From: Mobula hypostoma
Lineage: Eukaryota
Assembly (NCBI RefSeq): GCF_963921235.1
Contig: NC_086097.1
Span: forward strand, 205,160,001 to 205,224,000
Direction: 5' to 3'
Length of the DNA: 64,000 nucleotides
Positions 1 through 13,235 of this stretch are shown here, one piece after another; position 1 is the first letter of the stretch; every line of letters begins with the position of its first letter. Below the pieces are notes generated by a model. That model did not search any database. It saw nothing but the letters and a program-made list of their open reading frames with translations, and was not told the origin of the DNA. The translations under genes and the position numbers were made by a program.

Positions 1-18
1 GTACCGAGCTGTGTCCAC

Positions 19-228
19 TGTAGGGTAATGTAATGGGTGACAGATGACACATGCTGTGCATAATAGAAATTGTTCTACATAATTCACAAACTGTCATTGA
101 GCTGTGTTCACTTTAAGCAATGACGTCAGTGTATGGCAACTGCTTTTGGCTTGTTCACAATGGAAGGGCTGTGGCTTTTGTTAAGCACATAAAACGACTC
201 CTGCATCTTTTATTCACAAAATCCTGCA
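19..228 (+). repeat. 5' LTR of the host Gypsy element
   Basis: TGTAGGGTAATG...ATCCTGCA aligns by eye with 6647-6878. Confidence 0.85.
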
Positions 229-2488
229 CTGGTGACCCTGATACTCTCAGACAATTCCAGAGTTACTCAACAACATGTCGACCAATGCAGTCACTTTGAT
301 GCCGCTGCAGGTTTGGGAGCAGGTGTGTGGTCGGCACAGGTGAAAGCCCAGTTCATGCTGTGAGAAATCACCACAGACAATACCTAATTTTACTACATAA
401 TAGCATCATTGTTCCACTGCAGCTAGAGTTGTGAGTCTATTAGAAGTCTTGACCGCAGATGCTCAATATGAGTGCATTAAACAGTTGCTCTCCTTGGCCA
501 AGCTGAATGATGCAAGGCCTTCAGAAGTGAAGGACTGCATTCTATCTCTCCTGGGCAATCAGCATCCTTGTTTTATTCTTAAAGAACTCTCTATGCTACA
601 AATGCCTGATCAAGTTCACACAGCCCTCACTAATACACCCATATAGGGAGCTTGCTAAAATGGTCAATAGTCTACACTCAGCCAGGCAGAAGGGTACCGT
701 TCCTCCAGCTTTCCATGTCTCAGTAATCCCATCAGCAGAGCCTCCAGCAGGCTCACGGCCACCACTCCGAAGCAGACCACAGTGGGTCTATGCTTTCACT
801 CAGCACGAACACCAAGAAGTGCTGACCACCATGCAGCTTTGACAGTGCCATCAGGTTGGGACATTGGAGGTTTGTGAATACCATGAGTTCCAGCTGCCAT
901 GGTCGTCTATTGTTCATTACAGACACCATTTTGGGGTGACACTTTCTGTATGATACAGGCTCTCAAGTGAGTGTGCTGCCAGCAAAGAGCAAAAAACCCT
1001 CTCTGGAGGCTGCCGACCGTAGCAGGATCTGAACTGATGGGACACGACACATACGTCTTACTTCAGTGGATAACGCTACACATGGTGCTTGGTTTGGCTA
1101 AAGTTGCTGGACCTCTGCTTGGTGCAGATTGCCTGTGCACCAAAGGTCTGTTGAGTAGATCTTCAGAACTGCCGACTTGAGGACGCAAAGGACTTTGCTG
1201 CCCCCAGTAAATTGCCCACGACAACTCTGTATAGCAGATGCACCACCAGATGTGGATTCACTCCCCTGCTGGGTGAATTCCCAAACCTCACCAAGCCCAC
1301 GTATTCCACTACAGTCACAAAGATAGGGTCAAGCACCACATTTCCACAACTGGCTCACCAGTCTATGCCCATGTGCATGGATTGGACACAGAAAAGTTGG
1401 CAGCGCAAAAGTTGAGTTTGCTAACATGGGAATGCTTGGCATTGTATGCAGGTCAAATAGCCCTTGGGTTTCACCCCTCCACCTGATCCATAAGACCGAT
1501 AGTGGTTGCTGTCCATGCACGATTACACCTTAACAACGCCATCACTCCTGATCCCACATATTCAAGACTTTTCAGCATGTTTATCCAGAAATATATATTT
1601 TTTCTAAAGTGTACTTAGTCAGAGGCTACCATCGGGTGCCTGTATGCTCAGAATTGCTACTCTAACCACTTTTGGCTTATTTGGATTTCTGTACATGCTG
1701 TTTGGGCTGAAAAATGCAGCACAGACTTTCCAGAGGCTAATGGACTCTGCGTTAAAAGATTTTCTTTCTGTTTACCTGAACGACATACTTGTCACCATTG
1801 CATCCAAAGCCAAACGCTTCTCACATCTCTACATGCTTTTCAATTGCTTAAGTTAATATGTGCTGATTATTAACCCTGCTAAATGCCAGTTCAGATTGCG
1901 TACTGTTGACTTAGTGGCCAACACATCTCCACAGAAGTGATCAGTCCCCCTTGTTGTCACTATTATGAACTTTCCACTGCCCTGCACTACCAAAACACTA
2001 TATGAGTTTTTAGATGTGGTGAATTTCTATCTCTGTTTCATTCATTCTATGAGCTGCTGAACTGTATTTCCCCTTGTATAGTACCCTTAATGACAGTGCC
2101 CCTAATCTCATGCTTGAATGGTTAGCAGGCATGACCAGAGCATTTGATGACACCGGACCAGTTTATTTTAATCTGACCCTTCAGGGCGCACCCACTCCCC
2201 AATGCACCTATAGCCATCACAATTAACACCTCAGACTCTGCTGTGGGGGGCTGTGCATAAATGGTTGGTTGGAGGCATGTAGCAGCCACTTGCCTTCTTC
2301 AACAGGCAGCTCCACCCTCCCAAATGGAATAAAGCACATTTGACCACAAGCTTCCCAATCTCTATTTGGCCAATCGTCATTTTCATTTTCTACTAGAGGG
2401 TCGGCATTTCAAGCATTTATTTACAAACCCCTTGTGCATGTGACAGCCACAAGTTCAGACCCTTGGCCTACACAGCAGAAATGTTACT

Positions 2489-4938
2489 TGTTCTGTTTGT
2501 TCTCAATTAAGACAAACTTAGTGTGGGTGAATGCTAACACATTTTATTCTGAACACTGTTCAACACCGAGCATGTGCAACCGCTTATCAATGTAATTTCT
2601 GGTTCCAGGTGAGCCACCCACATTGCCCACTGCAAACTGAAATTCTTTATTATTTACACACATAATAATACATCTTACCCCTTTAAAGAAATAAACAAAT
2701 ATGAAACTATGTCCTCATAAACTTGCAAGGAAAAATAATCCTTTCCAATAAAGATTTCCACTTTAACTTTAACTGTAATGAGCAAATACAGCTCCTATTC
2801 ACTCTACATTTTTCAATCAGTCTCTGAGGTGGTTTAATATTCAGTTTTTGGTCTGCTAGTTGTTTCCACTGGTGTATTGTTTGCATATGGTCGTTAATAT
2901 TAGTATCTTTCCGAGAATACTGATCAACATGTTCATTTCTTTCACATCCTTCTGTCAAGATCCTATCTGTTCATCTCTATTTTTGTTCTTGTCGTGTGAA
3001 TATAATTCACTCCATTTGCCCCATAATAGAGCCCTGGACTGCATCCATGTCATTAGTGAGTCATTGCAAGAGTTCTAACTGATTTTCTCTGAATTTAAAG
3101 ACCTCCCTCTGTTGACTAGATAGCAATTCCTCCTGTTGCTTTGTATTGAATTGTTGTTATTCTGACCTTCAGTCTGTGTGGTCTCCCCACTTTTCTTTAC
3201 CTTGGTACTGTGTGGTCTCTTCTTCTTCATTCTTATTGTTCCTCTTTAGCCTCGGAGAGAATCATGGAGATATTTTTGATTTCCAGTCTTTAACTGGAAG
3301 TTGATGAAAAGACAGATTTTGAACCAAAGCTGCATGATGTGGAAGCAAAATGGTCAATTTCTTTATCCTGATCGCTCTGTCCAGCACCGGCATTCCGGCT
3401 GTCATGCTTGTATAGCTTGTACAGATGTCTATGGAAGGTGGAACTTTTATTTTTCTCTTGCATAATCTTTCCAGAGCTGCTGCTACGAGTTTCTTGAGTT
3501 ACATCAAGTAAGCATCTCAGTCCCTCAAAGACATCTGTGTCCCCTTCCATGACTGTAGTATGATCATCTTTGGTCTGTGAAGCCAGTACAGAAACTCTTT
3601 TGACCAGGATGAGCTTTTTGCGTACACTCAGACCTACTATTGGCTGTACTTTCTTTTCTACAATCAGTAGCTGTGCCTTTAGGTCCTGCTGCTTGTACTT
3701 GACATTCACTATGCAGCTTCCTTTTACTGGAATATTCTCTTCAGTCATTTCTAATTTCACTGGGTAAATCATCCATGGGTAACAGGTTTACCTGGGCTCC
3801 GGTGTCAAGCTTGAATGGAATTACTGTTTTATTCACAGTCACTGGAAGGATCCATTTTGTCTTACCAACACCAGTGGTCTGCAGAGAATCGACAAAGATT
3901 TCCTTCATTTCCTCGGCAGCCGTGTGCACCTTTCTCTTTGCAGCACTTCGCAAAATGATTCTTCTTTCCATAATTATTGCAGGACTTTCCATAACCAGGA
4001 CACGTCTTTGGGATGTGCTTACCTCCACATCTGCTGTTTGCGCCTACCTCTTAGCTTTGCTATTGCTTTGGGAAATGCCTTGTGCTCTGCCCCTCTACTT
4101 TCACACCAGGCAATGTTCTTTCTGCCCTGTGGAGCTCCTCAGCTTGTGCTCATGTGGTCTCTGCTGCCCTTTCACATGTTCACAGCCCTTTCTAGCATCA
4201 AATCTTTTTCATGGGGTAATCTTTCTCTGGGATTATCTGGTTTTACAAACTATTTTGTCTCTGACTAGTGAGTCACTCAAATCTACAAACTAACACCACT
4301 CTGTGTGTAAATCAAATATTGATTAAAGTAACACTACGTTTCTGGTCACAGGAAAAATAGTTTATAACTCTCAAATGTGGCATTTTTACTTGGGACAAAT
4401 TACTCCTCAAATTTTCTCATCAGAGTGTCCAATATAAAGGATGTTTCATCAATTTCAAATCTGTTATAGATTTCCAAAGCATCCTCACCAATTACATGTA
4501 GAAAAATAAACACTTTCAATTTTTCAACAGCCGCCCCACTCCACTGGCTGCTAAATGCATATTGAATCACTGTTATCAGTTATCAGCTATGCCAGTAAAC
4601 TGTATTGGTGCAGGAAGACTTACATTATCCATTATATGAAATTTTGGCTTCTCACCAGAATTTTTCTTGGTGAATTTGAGGAAACTTCTGGAACTCATCA
4701 TGCTCTCTGCCCAGCAACGTCTCTGTGTTGGACTTTCTTACGCTCGCAGTGTTCATTTACAGTAAGTGTTCAGTCCTCACATCGATTTCTGACACAATAT
4801 TATGTTTGTTCTCAATAAAGACAAACTTAACATATTTTATTCTGAACACTGTTCAACACTGTTCACTAAAGTCATTTCTGGTTCCAGGTGAACGGCCTGC
4901 ATTGCCCACCGGGAAATGAAGTTCTTTACTAAGTACAC

Positions 4939-4980
<42 letters not shown>

Positions 4981-4981
4981 A
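2489..4981 (-). mobile_element. Nested, internally deleted Gypsy LTR element (gag and protease remnants; no RT or RNase H seen)
   Basis: LTR pair 2489-2672 and 4798-4981. On the minus strand a PBS-like T(T)GTGTCAGAA follows the 5' LTR and a PPT (AAAGGGGTAAGA) precedes the 3' LTR. Gag remnant (FLHVIGEDALEIYN, about 4460-4510) and protease motif KLDTGAQVNLLP (ORF 3741-4028). It interrupts the host RNase H coding region. Confidence 0.85.
4941..4979. repeat. (AAT)n microsatellite inside an LTR
   Basis: Perfect ATA/AAT run visible in the sequence. Confidence 0.95.
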
Positions 4982-5130
4982 CCACCTGGTCTACATTTCA
5001 GAATTCACAACCGTCGTACAGCACATCACAGTGAAAAATTATTTTGTGGGTGATTCCATCTCATAGCCTACTGTCAACATGTCACTACCTCCAGTTGAAC
5101 ACTGTCTTTTTGTGTGTTGCCCCCCCTAGC

Positions 5131-5528
5131 TGTCAGTCTGTGGTTTTGTATTGCCATGTGCTCCTGTCCCCGCTCCTGCTCTACTCCGGCCCGTGTTGCT
5201 GCCACCTGTGTCTCATTGTGCTCCACCTATCATCTGCCTCTCTGTTTATTGCTCAATGTATTTCAGTCCTGTGTTTTCACCTGTTTGTTGCCAGATTCTG
5301 CCAGTGAGTTTTCCTAAGCCTTTCCAGCATTTGTATCTGAACTCTGTCTATCTGAATATTGACTCTGTCTGTTTCCCGATTCTGGTTTTTGGGTTTCTCT
5401 GGATGTTTTGATCTCTGCCTGAACTTTGACGCTGACTTTGTTTGCACCTCGGGGTTTGCTGCTCAATTAGTATCAGTGTGTGCACAGTACTGGGTCTGTG
5501 ATTGGATCCCTGCTCCAGCGCCCTGACA
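5131..5528. mobile_element. Solo LTR inserted in the host Gypsy pol
   Basis: Termini TGTCAG...CTGACA (6-bp inverted). Flanks TAGC and TAAC form a 4-bp TSD with one mismatch. No coding remnants. Confidence 0.7.
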
Positions 5529-6203
5529 TAACATCATAGCCAGCGCGGTTGATTCTGCCGGCTTCACTGATGTCAATTTCGGAAACACAGGAGTTTCTCT
5601 CCTGTGCGATGTCTCAACTAGTTGCACTCGCCCATAGTACCTGGAGGTGTACTATTTTTAACTCCTTTTACGGCCTCTCACAACTGAAAGGGAAGGAATG
5701 CTTCACAGAAGCAGTAACTTTAAAGTTTATGTGGCACGGCTTTAGGAGGGATGTGCAAAACTGTAGTGCAGACTGTGATGTGTGTCAGTGGGTGAACATT
5801 AGCCATCACTTTCGGCACTACCGGCACTTTTTGAGGTCCCTGAGTGAAGGTTTGACCACGTCAATATGAACCTAGTCTCAGAGTGGTTCCAAAAGAGGAC
5901 CTGCAGCTGAGTTGGTGCTCAGGCAGCCAACATGAGTGCTGAGCGATTTATTTATTGTTTACTCTGATGACATAACAGCCTTGTTGGCATCTCAGCAGTG
6001 TTTCATCCTCCTCAGTAAACTCCCGTTTTGATCATCTATTCCTACCTCCTATTACGGCATTCAGGACTATTGGGTTCCAGTTGACTTGAGTTCTATCTCA
6101 TTTACTTTTGTCCACTATAATTTCCATCAACACACTCTTAAGCCTTCTTACAATGGCTTTTTCTGTGTTTTGAAACAGGGTGAAAGACTTTGTTTGTAGA
6201 TAG

Positions 6204-6410
6204 GTTCAAAGGTCAAATCTAATGTCAGAGAAATGTATACAATATACATCCTGAGATGCCTTTTCTTCGCAAATATCCACGAAAACAGAGGAGTGCCTCA
6301 AAGAATGAATGACAGTTAAACGTGAGAACCCCACAGTCCCCCCGCTACCCCCTCCCATGTGTACACGACAGCAAGCAATGATCCCCCCTTCCTCCAGCAA
6401 AAAAAATGCA
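6204..6410 (-). mobile_element. Short retroposon fragment inserted in the C-terminal integrase region of the host Gypsy
   Basis: Separates host integrase tail remnants (KTLFVD before, ISVDYFKPA after). Family not identified. Confidence 0.45.
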
Positions 6411-6646
6411 TGGGAAGGGTAAATTTGAATGTATTTCTGTTGATTACTTTAAACCAGCCTTCCAAGACCTGGATGGTTCCACCATCATACACCCTGCATC
6501 ACGACATGACCATATGCATGTCAGCACACCCCTGGATAAGCCAGAGGTACCTGCTGTTACTCCAACCAAGACACATGGGATTTGAGCTGGTTGTATGAAC
6601 TCTAGACAGTCTCATAATGCCAGTTTTGGTGAATTCTGGGCATTTG

Positions 6647-6878
6647 TGTGGGGTAATGTCATGGGTGACAGATAACCCAAATTATTCATAATAGTAGCTG
6701 TTCTACATAATTCACAAATACTGTCATTGAGTTGAGCTCACTTTAGGAGATGGTGCCTGACATAACGACATCAGTATAAGATGACTGCTTTTGGTTTGTT
6801 CAGAATGGAAGTAAAGGGCTGTGACTATTGTTAAGCATATCAAATAACTCTCTTAAGTTTTATTCACAAAATTCTACA
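6647..6878 (+). repeat. 3' LTR of the host Gypsy element
   Basis: TGTGGGGTAATG...ATTCTACA, followed by TSD CCAC. Confidence 0.85.
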
Positions 6879-7796
6879 CCACCATCTCTGATGTAACTAC
6901 AATATAATACTAACAAAAAAAGCAATTTCACATTAAGTGTAATTTTTACAAGGCAAATGGAAAGCCTTGGCTCAGGGGCCTATGGGTGACAAAATGGCTC
7001 AGTAGTCAGTACATCTAATCAAGAATTCATACCAGGTGTTTAGTTTAAATTGCTAATGACTCTATTAAGACACTAAATGAAAGTTGGCATATGATCATAG
7101 AATTTTTAAATTATTTTTTCAAACAATCATTATCTCAAAATCAAATTCACAGATTATTGAATACAACCTATTTTGTAAAAGATGGAATATCAGCAGGAAA
7201 TGAAAGACTGAATCTGAAACAAGTTATTTTGCTTTGATATCCACTAATGGAAAGGAACGCATTGAAGTTGCTCTTCAACAATTAAGCAGTTTTATCACCC
7301 GCTACGGCTGATATTATTGTCTTTTATAAATTACTTGCTTTGTTATAAATTAATGTATTTAAGTTTCAAAGCCCATCTAAGCATGCTAACTGGATTATCA
7401 AGTTTTAGTTCATTAAGAATAACTTGTTTATTGATCCGAAGGCTTTTAAGTGATAAAGTTAAGTCATAATTATATGGTAACAAGTCAACTGCAAATGTGA
7501 GAGTACAAGATCAATAAATAAAAGGGATAATGTTGTGTTGGGGATTAAAACCAACTCATTATGTAAGTAAAGCAGCTAATAAAGTGGATTATATGCCTAA
7601 TACACCGATGGTTTCCCTTGAAAAAATGTTCTCTCACAGGGATCTTATTTAAGTAGCTTGTGCAAATGTCATTTTGTTAAGAAAACATGACATAACTTAA
7701 AAGTTCTATCAAATATGAATTGCCTCCCTACGCTTATTGAAAATCTGATCACTACATATGCTTGGGATCCTTCTATTACCACACTACTAGATAATA

Positions 7797-10302
7797 CATA
7801 GAACCATAGAACCATAGAAACTACAGCACAGAAACAGGCCCTTTGGCCCTTCTTGGCTGTGCCGAACCATTTTCTGCCTAGTCCCACTGACCTGCACACA
7901 GACCATATCCCACCATACACCTCCCATCCATGTATCTGTCCAATTTATTCTTAAAAAATGTTAAAAAAGAACCCACATTTACCACCTTGTCTGGCAGCTC
8001 ATTCCATACTCCCACCACTCTCTGTGTGAAGAAGCCCCCCCTAATGTTCCCTTTAAACTTTTCCCCCCTCACCCTTAACCCATGTCCTCTGGTTTTTTTC
8101 TCCCCTTGCCTCAGTGGAAAAAGCCTGCTTGCATTCACTCTATCTATACCCATCATAATTTTATATACCTCTATCAAATCTCCCCTCATTCTTCTACGCT
8201 CCAGGGAATAAAGTCCTAACCTATTCAACCTTTCTCTGTAACTGAGTTTCTCAAGTCCCGGCAACATCCTTGTAAACCTTCTCTGCACTCTTTCAACCTT
8301 ATTTATATCCTTCCTGTAATTTGGTGACCAAAACTGAACACAATACCCCAGATTCGGCCTCACCAATGCCTTATAAAACCTCATCATAACATTCCAGCTC
8401 TTATACTCAGTACTTCGATTAATAAAGGCCAATGTACCAAAAGCTCTCTTTACGACCCTATCTACCTGTGATGACACTTTTAGGGAATTCTGTATCTGTA
8501 TTCCCAGATCCCTCTGTTCCACTGCACTCCTCAGTGCCTTACCATTAACCCTGTATGTTCTACGTTGGTTTGTCCTTCCAACGTGCAATACCTCACACTT
8601 GTCAGTATTAAACTCCATCTGCCATTTTTTAGCCCATTTTTCCAGCTGGTCCAAGTCCCTCTGCAGGCTCTGAAAACCTTCCTCACTGTCTACTACACCT
8701 CCAATCTTCGTATCATCAGCAAACTTGCTGATCCAATTTACCACATCATCATCCAGATCATTGATATAGATGACAAATAACAATGGACCCAGCACTGATC
8801 CCTGTGGCACACCACTAGTCACAGGCCTCCACTCAGAGAAGCAATTTTCTACCACCATTCTCTGGCTTCTTCCATTGAGCCAATGTCCAATCCAATTTAC
8901 CACCTCTCCATGTATACCTAGTGACTGAGTTTTAACTAACCTCCCATGCGGGACCTTGTCAAAGGCCTTACTGAAGTCCATGTAGACAATATCCACTGCC
9001 TTCTCTTCATCCACTTTCCTGGTAACCTCCTCAAAAAACTCCAACAGATTGGTCAAACATGACCTACCACGCACAAAGCCATGTTGACTCTCCCTAATAA
9101 GTCCCTGTCTATCCAAATGCTTGTAGATTCAGTCTCTTAGTACTCCCTCCAATAACTTACCTACTACTGACGTTAAACTCATCGGTCTATAATTTCCCGG
9201 ATTACTTTTCGATCCTTTTCTAAACAACGGAACAACATGAGCCACTCTCCAATCCTCCGGCACTTCACCCGTAGACAGCGACTTTTTAAATATTTCTGCC
9301 AGGGCCCCCGCAATTTCAACACTAGTCTCCTTCAAGGTCCAAGGGAACACCTTGTCAGGTCCCGGGGATTTATCCACTTTAATTTTCCTCAAGACAGCAA
9401 ACACTTCCTCCTTTTCAATCTGTACAGTTTCCATGGTCTCACTACTTGATACCTTCAATTCCATAGATTTCATGCCAGCTTCCTTAGTAAATACAGACGC
9501 AAAAAACCTATTTAAGATCTCCCCCATTTCCTTTGGTTCCGCACAAAGCCGACCACGCTGATCTTCAAGAGGACCAATTTTATCCCTTACAATCCTTTTG
9601 CTCTTAATATACTTGTAAAAGCTCTTTGGATTATCCTTCACTTTGACTGCCAAGGCAACCTCATGTCTTCTTTTTGCCCTCCTGATTTCTTTCTTAAGTA
9701 TTTTCTTACACTTCTTATACTCCTCAAGCACCTGATTTACCCCCTGTTTCCTATACATTTCATACAACTCCCTCTTCTTCTTTATCAGGGTTGCAATATC
9801 CCTTGAGAACCAAGGTTCCTTATTCCTATTTAATTTGCCTTTAATCCTGACAGGAACATACAAACTCTGCACTCTCAAAATTTCCCCTTTGAAGGCTTCC
9901 CACCTACCAATCACATCTTAGCCAGAGAACAACCTGTCCCAATCCACGCTTTTTAGATCCTTTCTCATTTCTTCAAATTTGGCCTTCTTCCAGTTCAGAA
10001 CCTCAACCCTAGGACCAGACCTATCCTTGTCCATGATCAAATTGAAACTAATGGCGTTATGATCACTGGAACCAAAGTGCTCCCCTACACAGACTTCCGT
10101 CACTTGCCCTAATTTGTTTCCTAACAGGAGATCCAATATTGCATCCCCTCTAGTTGGTCCCTCTATATACTGATTTAGATAACTTTCCTGAACACATTTT
10201 ACAAACTCTAAACCATCTAGACCCCTAACAGTATGGGAGTCCCAATCAATGTATGGAAAATTAAAATCCCCTACCACCACAACTTTATGTTTCCTGCAGT
10301 TG
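7797..10302 (-). mobile_element. Young 5'-truncated CR1 LINE (ORF2: partial APE endonuclease and RT)
   Basis: ORFs 9918-10331, 9129-9914 and 7878-9116 share one frame broken by two stops. Motifs GDFNFP, SDH, KSPGPD, NYRPMSLTS, GVPQGSVLGP and FADDTK. 3' tail (CATAGAAC)n on the + strand at about 7797-7820. Confidence 0.95.
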
Positions 10303-10731
10303 ATGAGGTGTATTCTGTCAGCCATTATCACCGGATTATATGGTTCAGAGGATTCTATTCAACTGGATATATTAGTATACTGTTACTTTTGTTAACTAGC
10401 TGACCTTCCATTATACAAAGTTAAAATAATATTTCTGGAGATGAAAATTTGAAATATTCAGCCTTGGAGAAAATCTAATAAATGAGAAAGATACAGTCTA
10501 TTTTTATGAAGATAATGTCATGTGTAAACAACAAAGATTTTAGAAGGAATGGATAGTCTTCCATCGAGACCTGAAATTTAATTTACAAATAAAATTGCTA
10601 ACACAGCAACATTTGTGTAACTACACCTTTTAGTCATCTGCAGTGTACAATATACAGTACCATTAATGTGTGTGTTAGGTGAAAATATTAAATAATGTAT
10701 GCCAGATTACATAACTTTAGGTTTTCATCAG

Positions 10732-10884
10732 GACAGTGAGCTGTGGGATCGACGAAAGCACTGTTTTAGCATTCAGACAGAAAATGGGGAGGACCTTCTC
10801 TTCAGTGTGGAATTAGAATATGAACTCATACTCTGGGAAAAGGCCTTTCAAACAGCAACCTTCTTGGAGGTAGAACGAATACAG
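10732..10884 (+). CDS. SNTG1: Gamma-1-syntrophin internal exon (PH-domain region), 153 nt, phase 0/0
   Basis: Acceptor ttttcatcag, donor GTATGA. Translates DSELWDRRKHCFSIQTENGEDLLFSVELEYELILWEKAFQTATFLEVERIQ, recognised as closely similar to vertebrate SNTG1. Confidence 0.93.
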
Positions 10885-11689
10885 GTATGATAAATGTCAC
10901 GTTGTAGTTAAGTAAACGTATGAACTGATATACATATGCTTATGTAAACTTTGTTCTGTTTAATATATTTTCATCGTAGTACTCTCATCTTTTATCAATT
11001 CATTTGCACACACAATATTGCTTTCATATGGACATTTTAACTTATTGAGAACAGCCACTCTCACAATTGAAGCTGCTTTTTCTTACTCCTGACTTCAGTT
11101 CAAAAAGTACTTCTCAGATTACATTTAAGGTATTCTGAAGTTATAAAAGGTGCTACATTAATGTCACTTCTGCTTCCCCTTACTGTCCCCTCAGGGGCAA
11201 TCACAGTATTAAAATTCTACCAATAAAAATTGATCAATAAAATTTGAAGTGTTGCCAAAGTACGATTGCCAGGTGCTGATTGTGAAATTAGTTGTTGTAC
11301 TCAATTAAAAATATTTTGCACCTTAAAACTTTGAAGTCCCCTGTCCTTGATGTTTGTCTTCTTTTTAAAAAATATTTGTTCTCGAGTAATTAAAAATGTT
11401 GAGTAACCTCCAATCTGGCAAGAGACCAAACAAAAACTATCATCACCAATGTCTCATATAAATTTAGCGAGAAGCTAGAGATGCAAAATTATCAAACCAG
11501 GCTCTCTTTCTTTGCCTGATGTAATTCAGTGAATGGAAATCATTTCATTCGTAACCACTTCAGTGTGGACGAAATACTAATGATGAAAATAGAAAGGATG
11601 TGGGTTTGAACTAAATAGGGAGGCCATGTTTTGTAGTGCAACTGTGAAAATGTGTGGAAGTAAACCAGAAACCTACTTTAAAGATAAAT

Positions 11690-11982
11690 ATCAAAGATTA
11701 GCTTTACTCGTTGCATAAACTTTGAAACATACATTTGTGTCAAATCATATCAGCAAGGATTGTGCTGGAGGGAACCCATAAGTGTCACTATACTTCTGGC
11801 ACCAATACAGAATGCCCAGAACTTACTAATTCTAACTGTACATCTTTGGAATGTGGAAGAAAATGGGAGCACCCAGAGCAGACCCATGCGGTCATGGGGA
11901 GAATGTACAAACTCCTTACACACAGCATCAGGAATTGAACTCCAATCAGTGATTACTGGCACTGTAAAAGCAATTGTGCTAA
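11690..11982 (-). mobile_element. tRNA-derived V-SINE-like element
   Basis: Minus strand reads GAGTTCAATTCC (box-B-like), then TGTAAGGAGTTTGTACATTCTCCCCATGACCGCATGGGT...GGTGCTCC, matching the V-domain pattern. Confidence 0.75.
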
Positions 11983-13088
11983 TTTTATTTCCATTAAAAT
12001 CAATAAACCATAGAGATTGGTTCATTACATCAAACAGCAGAAGTGGCAAAATGAGATGCAGAGGAGATAGTGGATGGGGAGGGAATCAACATTTCTATGG
12101 AGTCTAAACTGGCAATGATTGACAATTATGGTGGCAGCCTGAATGGCGAGATAATAATATTAATAAAGCACTTGATTACTTTTACATTTCAACAGATCTA
12201 GCATTTGTTTAGCTTTGAAGTTTAAGGCTGTTTTCCAAGCCGTCAGGTTTTCCCAATCTCCCATGGACAAGAATTAAACTGAGATAACAATTGGATTGAG
12301 GGCAAAGTTCATGGTACTGGAACATTTCTGGTACCCACACACCACTAAGAAAGCAATGCCAAATTAATGCTTGAAATATTTGTACACATGTTGAATTTTA
12401 GGACTGATGTTTACGTTAAGATTTATTAACTTCCATGGCTCTGATATTGTTGCTTATTGTTCTATAGCTCATAGTTTTTAAGGAAATATTTTAAAATATT
12501 TTTAATTCAAATTTGGATTGTTTGATCTAAGTTTTAAGTTTGAGAAATAATTAAATTCCAGTCTAATTTTCTGTCTCCAATATTATTCATCTTTGACTAA
12601 TTTCTTGTCATAGTATTGGTACACAATCAGATTAAAATTGCAGATCTCCTTTTCATTTTCTCACGTCACCTTTGTCACCTCATGTTCTTCCCCTAATGTG
12701 AAAGTCAAAACTGGAAAATTAAGGTGTAATTTCTATATTATAATGAAACAATTGGTCTAGAAATTGATGTGTATAGACTCTGACCTGAGAGATTTTCACA
12801 TTAGCAATAAGCAAAATGTTTCTAATATAATGTAATGGATAATTATTTGCATTATATTACTACAAAAAGTACTTAGAGTAACAATAATTGGAAAACAACC
12901 AGATTGCTGCAAAAAACCTATCTTGTTCACTAATACCTTGGACTTGAAATCTGCTCTGTTTATTGATTTGGACTTTGGACATAAATGATTTACTGTTCAC
13001 AGCCTCTTCTGTTTGAGGGGAATAAATGCCCTGAATGTCAGCAATATTGTTCCTCAAATAAAGAAACAAACAAACATTTTCCATCCTC

Positions 13089-13106
13089 CAGAGAGAGAGA
13101 GAGAGA
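13089..13106. repeat. (AG)n microsatellite
   Basis: Visible AG run. Confidence 0.85.
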
Positions 13107-13199
13107 AATGATTATTTAAATTACAAACGTTTGTAGTTAACACACACAAAAAATGCTGGTGAACGCAGCAGGCCAGGCAGCATCTATAGGAAGAGGTAC

Positions 13200-13235
13200 A
13201 GTCGACATTTCGGGCCATGACCCTTCGTCAGGACT
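13200..13235 (-). ncRNA. Minimal type-I hammerhead ribozyme motif, variant
   Basis: Minus strand AGTC CTGACGA AGGGTCATGGCCC GAAA TGTC GACT. Core boxes are present, but the stem-III palindrome is mutated (ACGT to ATGT). Confidence 0.65.

Larger units (their letters stand above)
19..6878 (+). mobile_element. Degenerate full-length Gypsy/Ty3 LTR retrotransposon carrying three nested insertions
   Basis: Diverged direct repeats 19-228 and 6647-6878, both TG...CA, with CCAC on both flanks (15-18 and 6879-6882). PBS-like TGGTGACC follows the 5' LTR. RT remnant (MLFGLKNAAQTFQRLMD..VYLND, 1644-1856), RNase H end (HLVYISEFTT near 4983) and integrase Zn-finger remnant (FMWHG..CDVCQ near 5730-5790). Many stops and frameshifts. 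Confidence 0.9.

Noticed and set aside
3775..4293. 172-aa plus-strand ORF and similar antisense ORFs over TEs (e.g. 35871-36386, 44870-45442)
   Set aside because: Shadow or alternate frames of retroelement coding sequence with no independent protein motifs.
10699..10890. Track ORFs 10699-10890, 17228-17416, 28995-29180 and 31651-31833 as standalone small genes
   Set aside because: They are SNTG1 exons extended into intron sequence; splice sites define the real boundaries.
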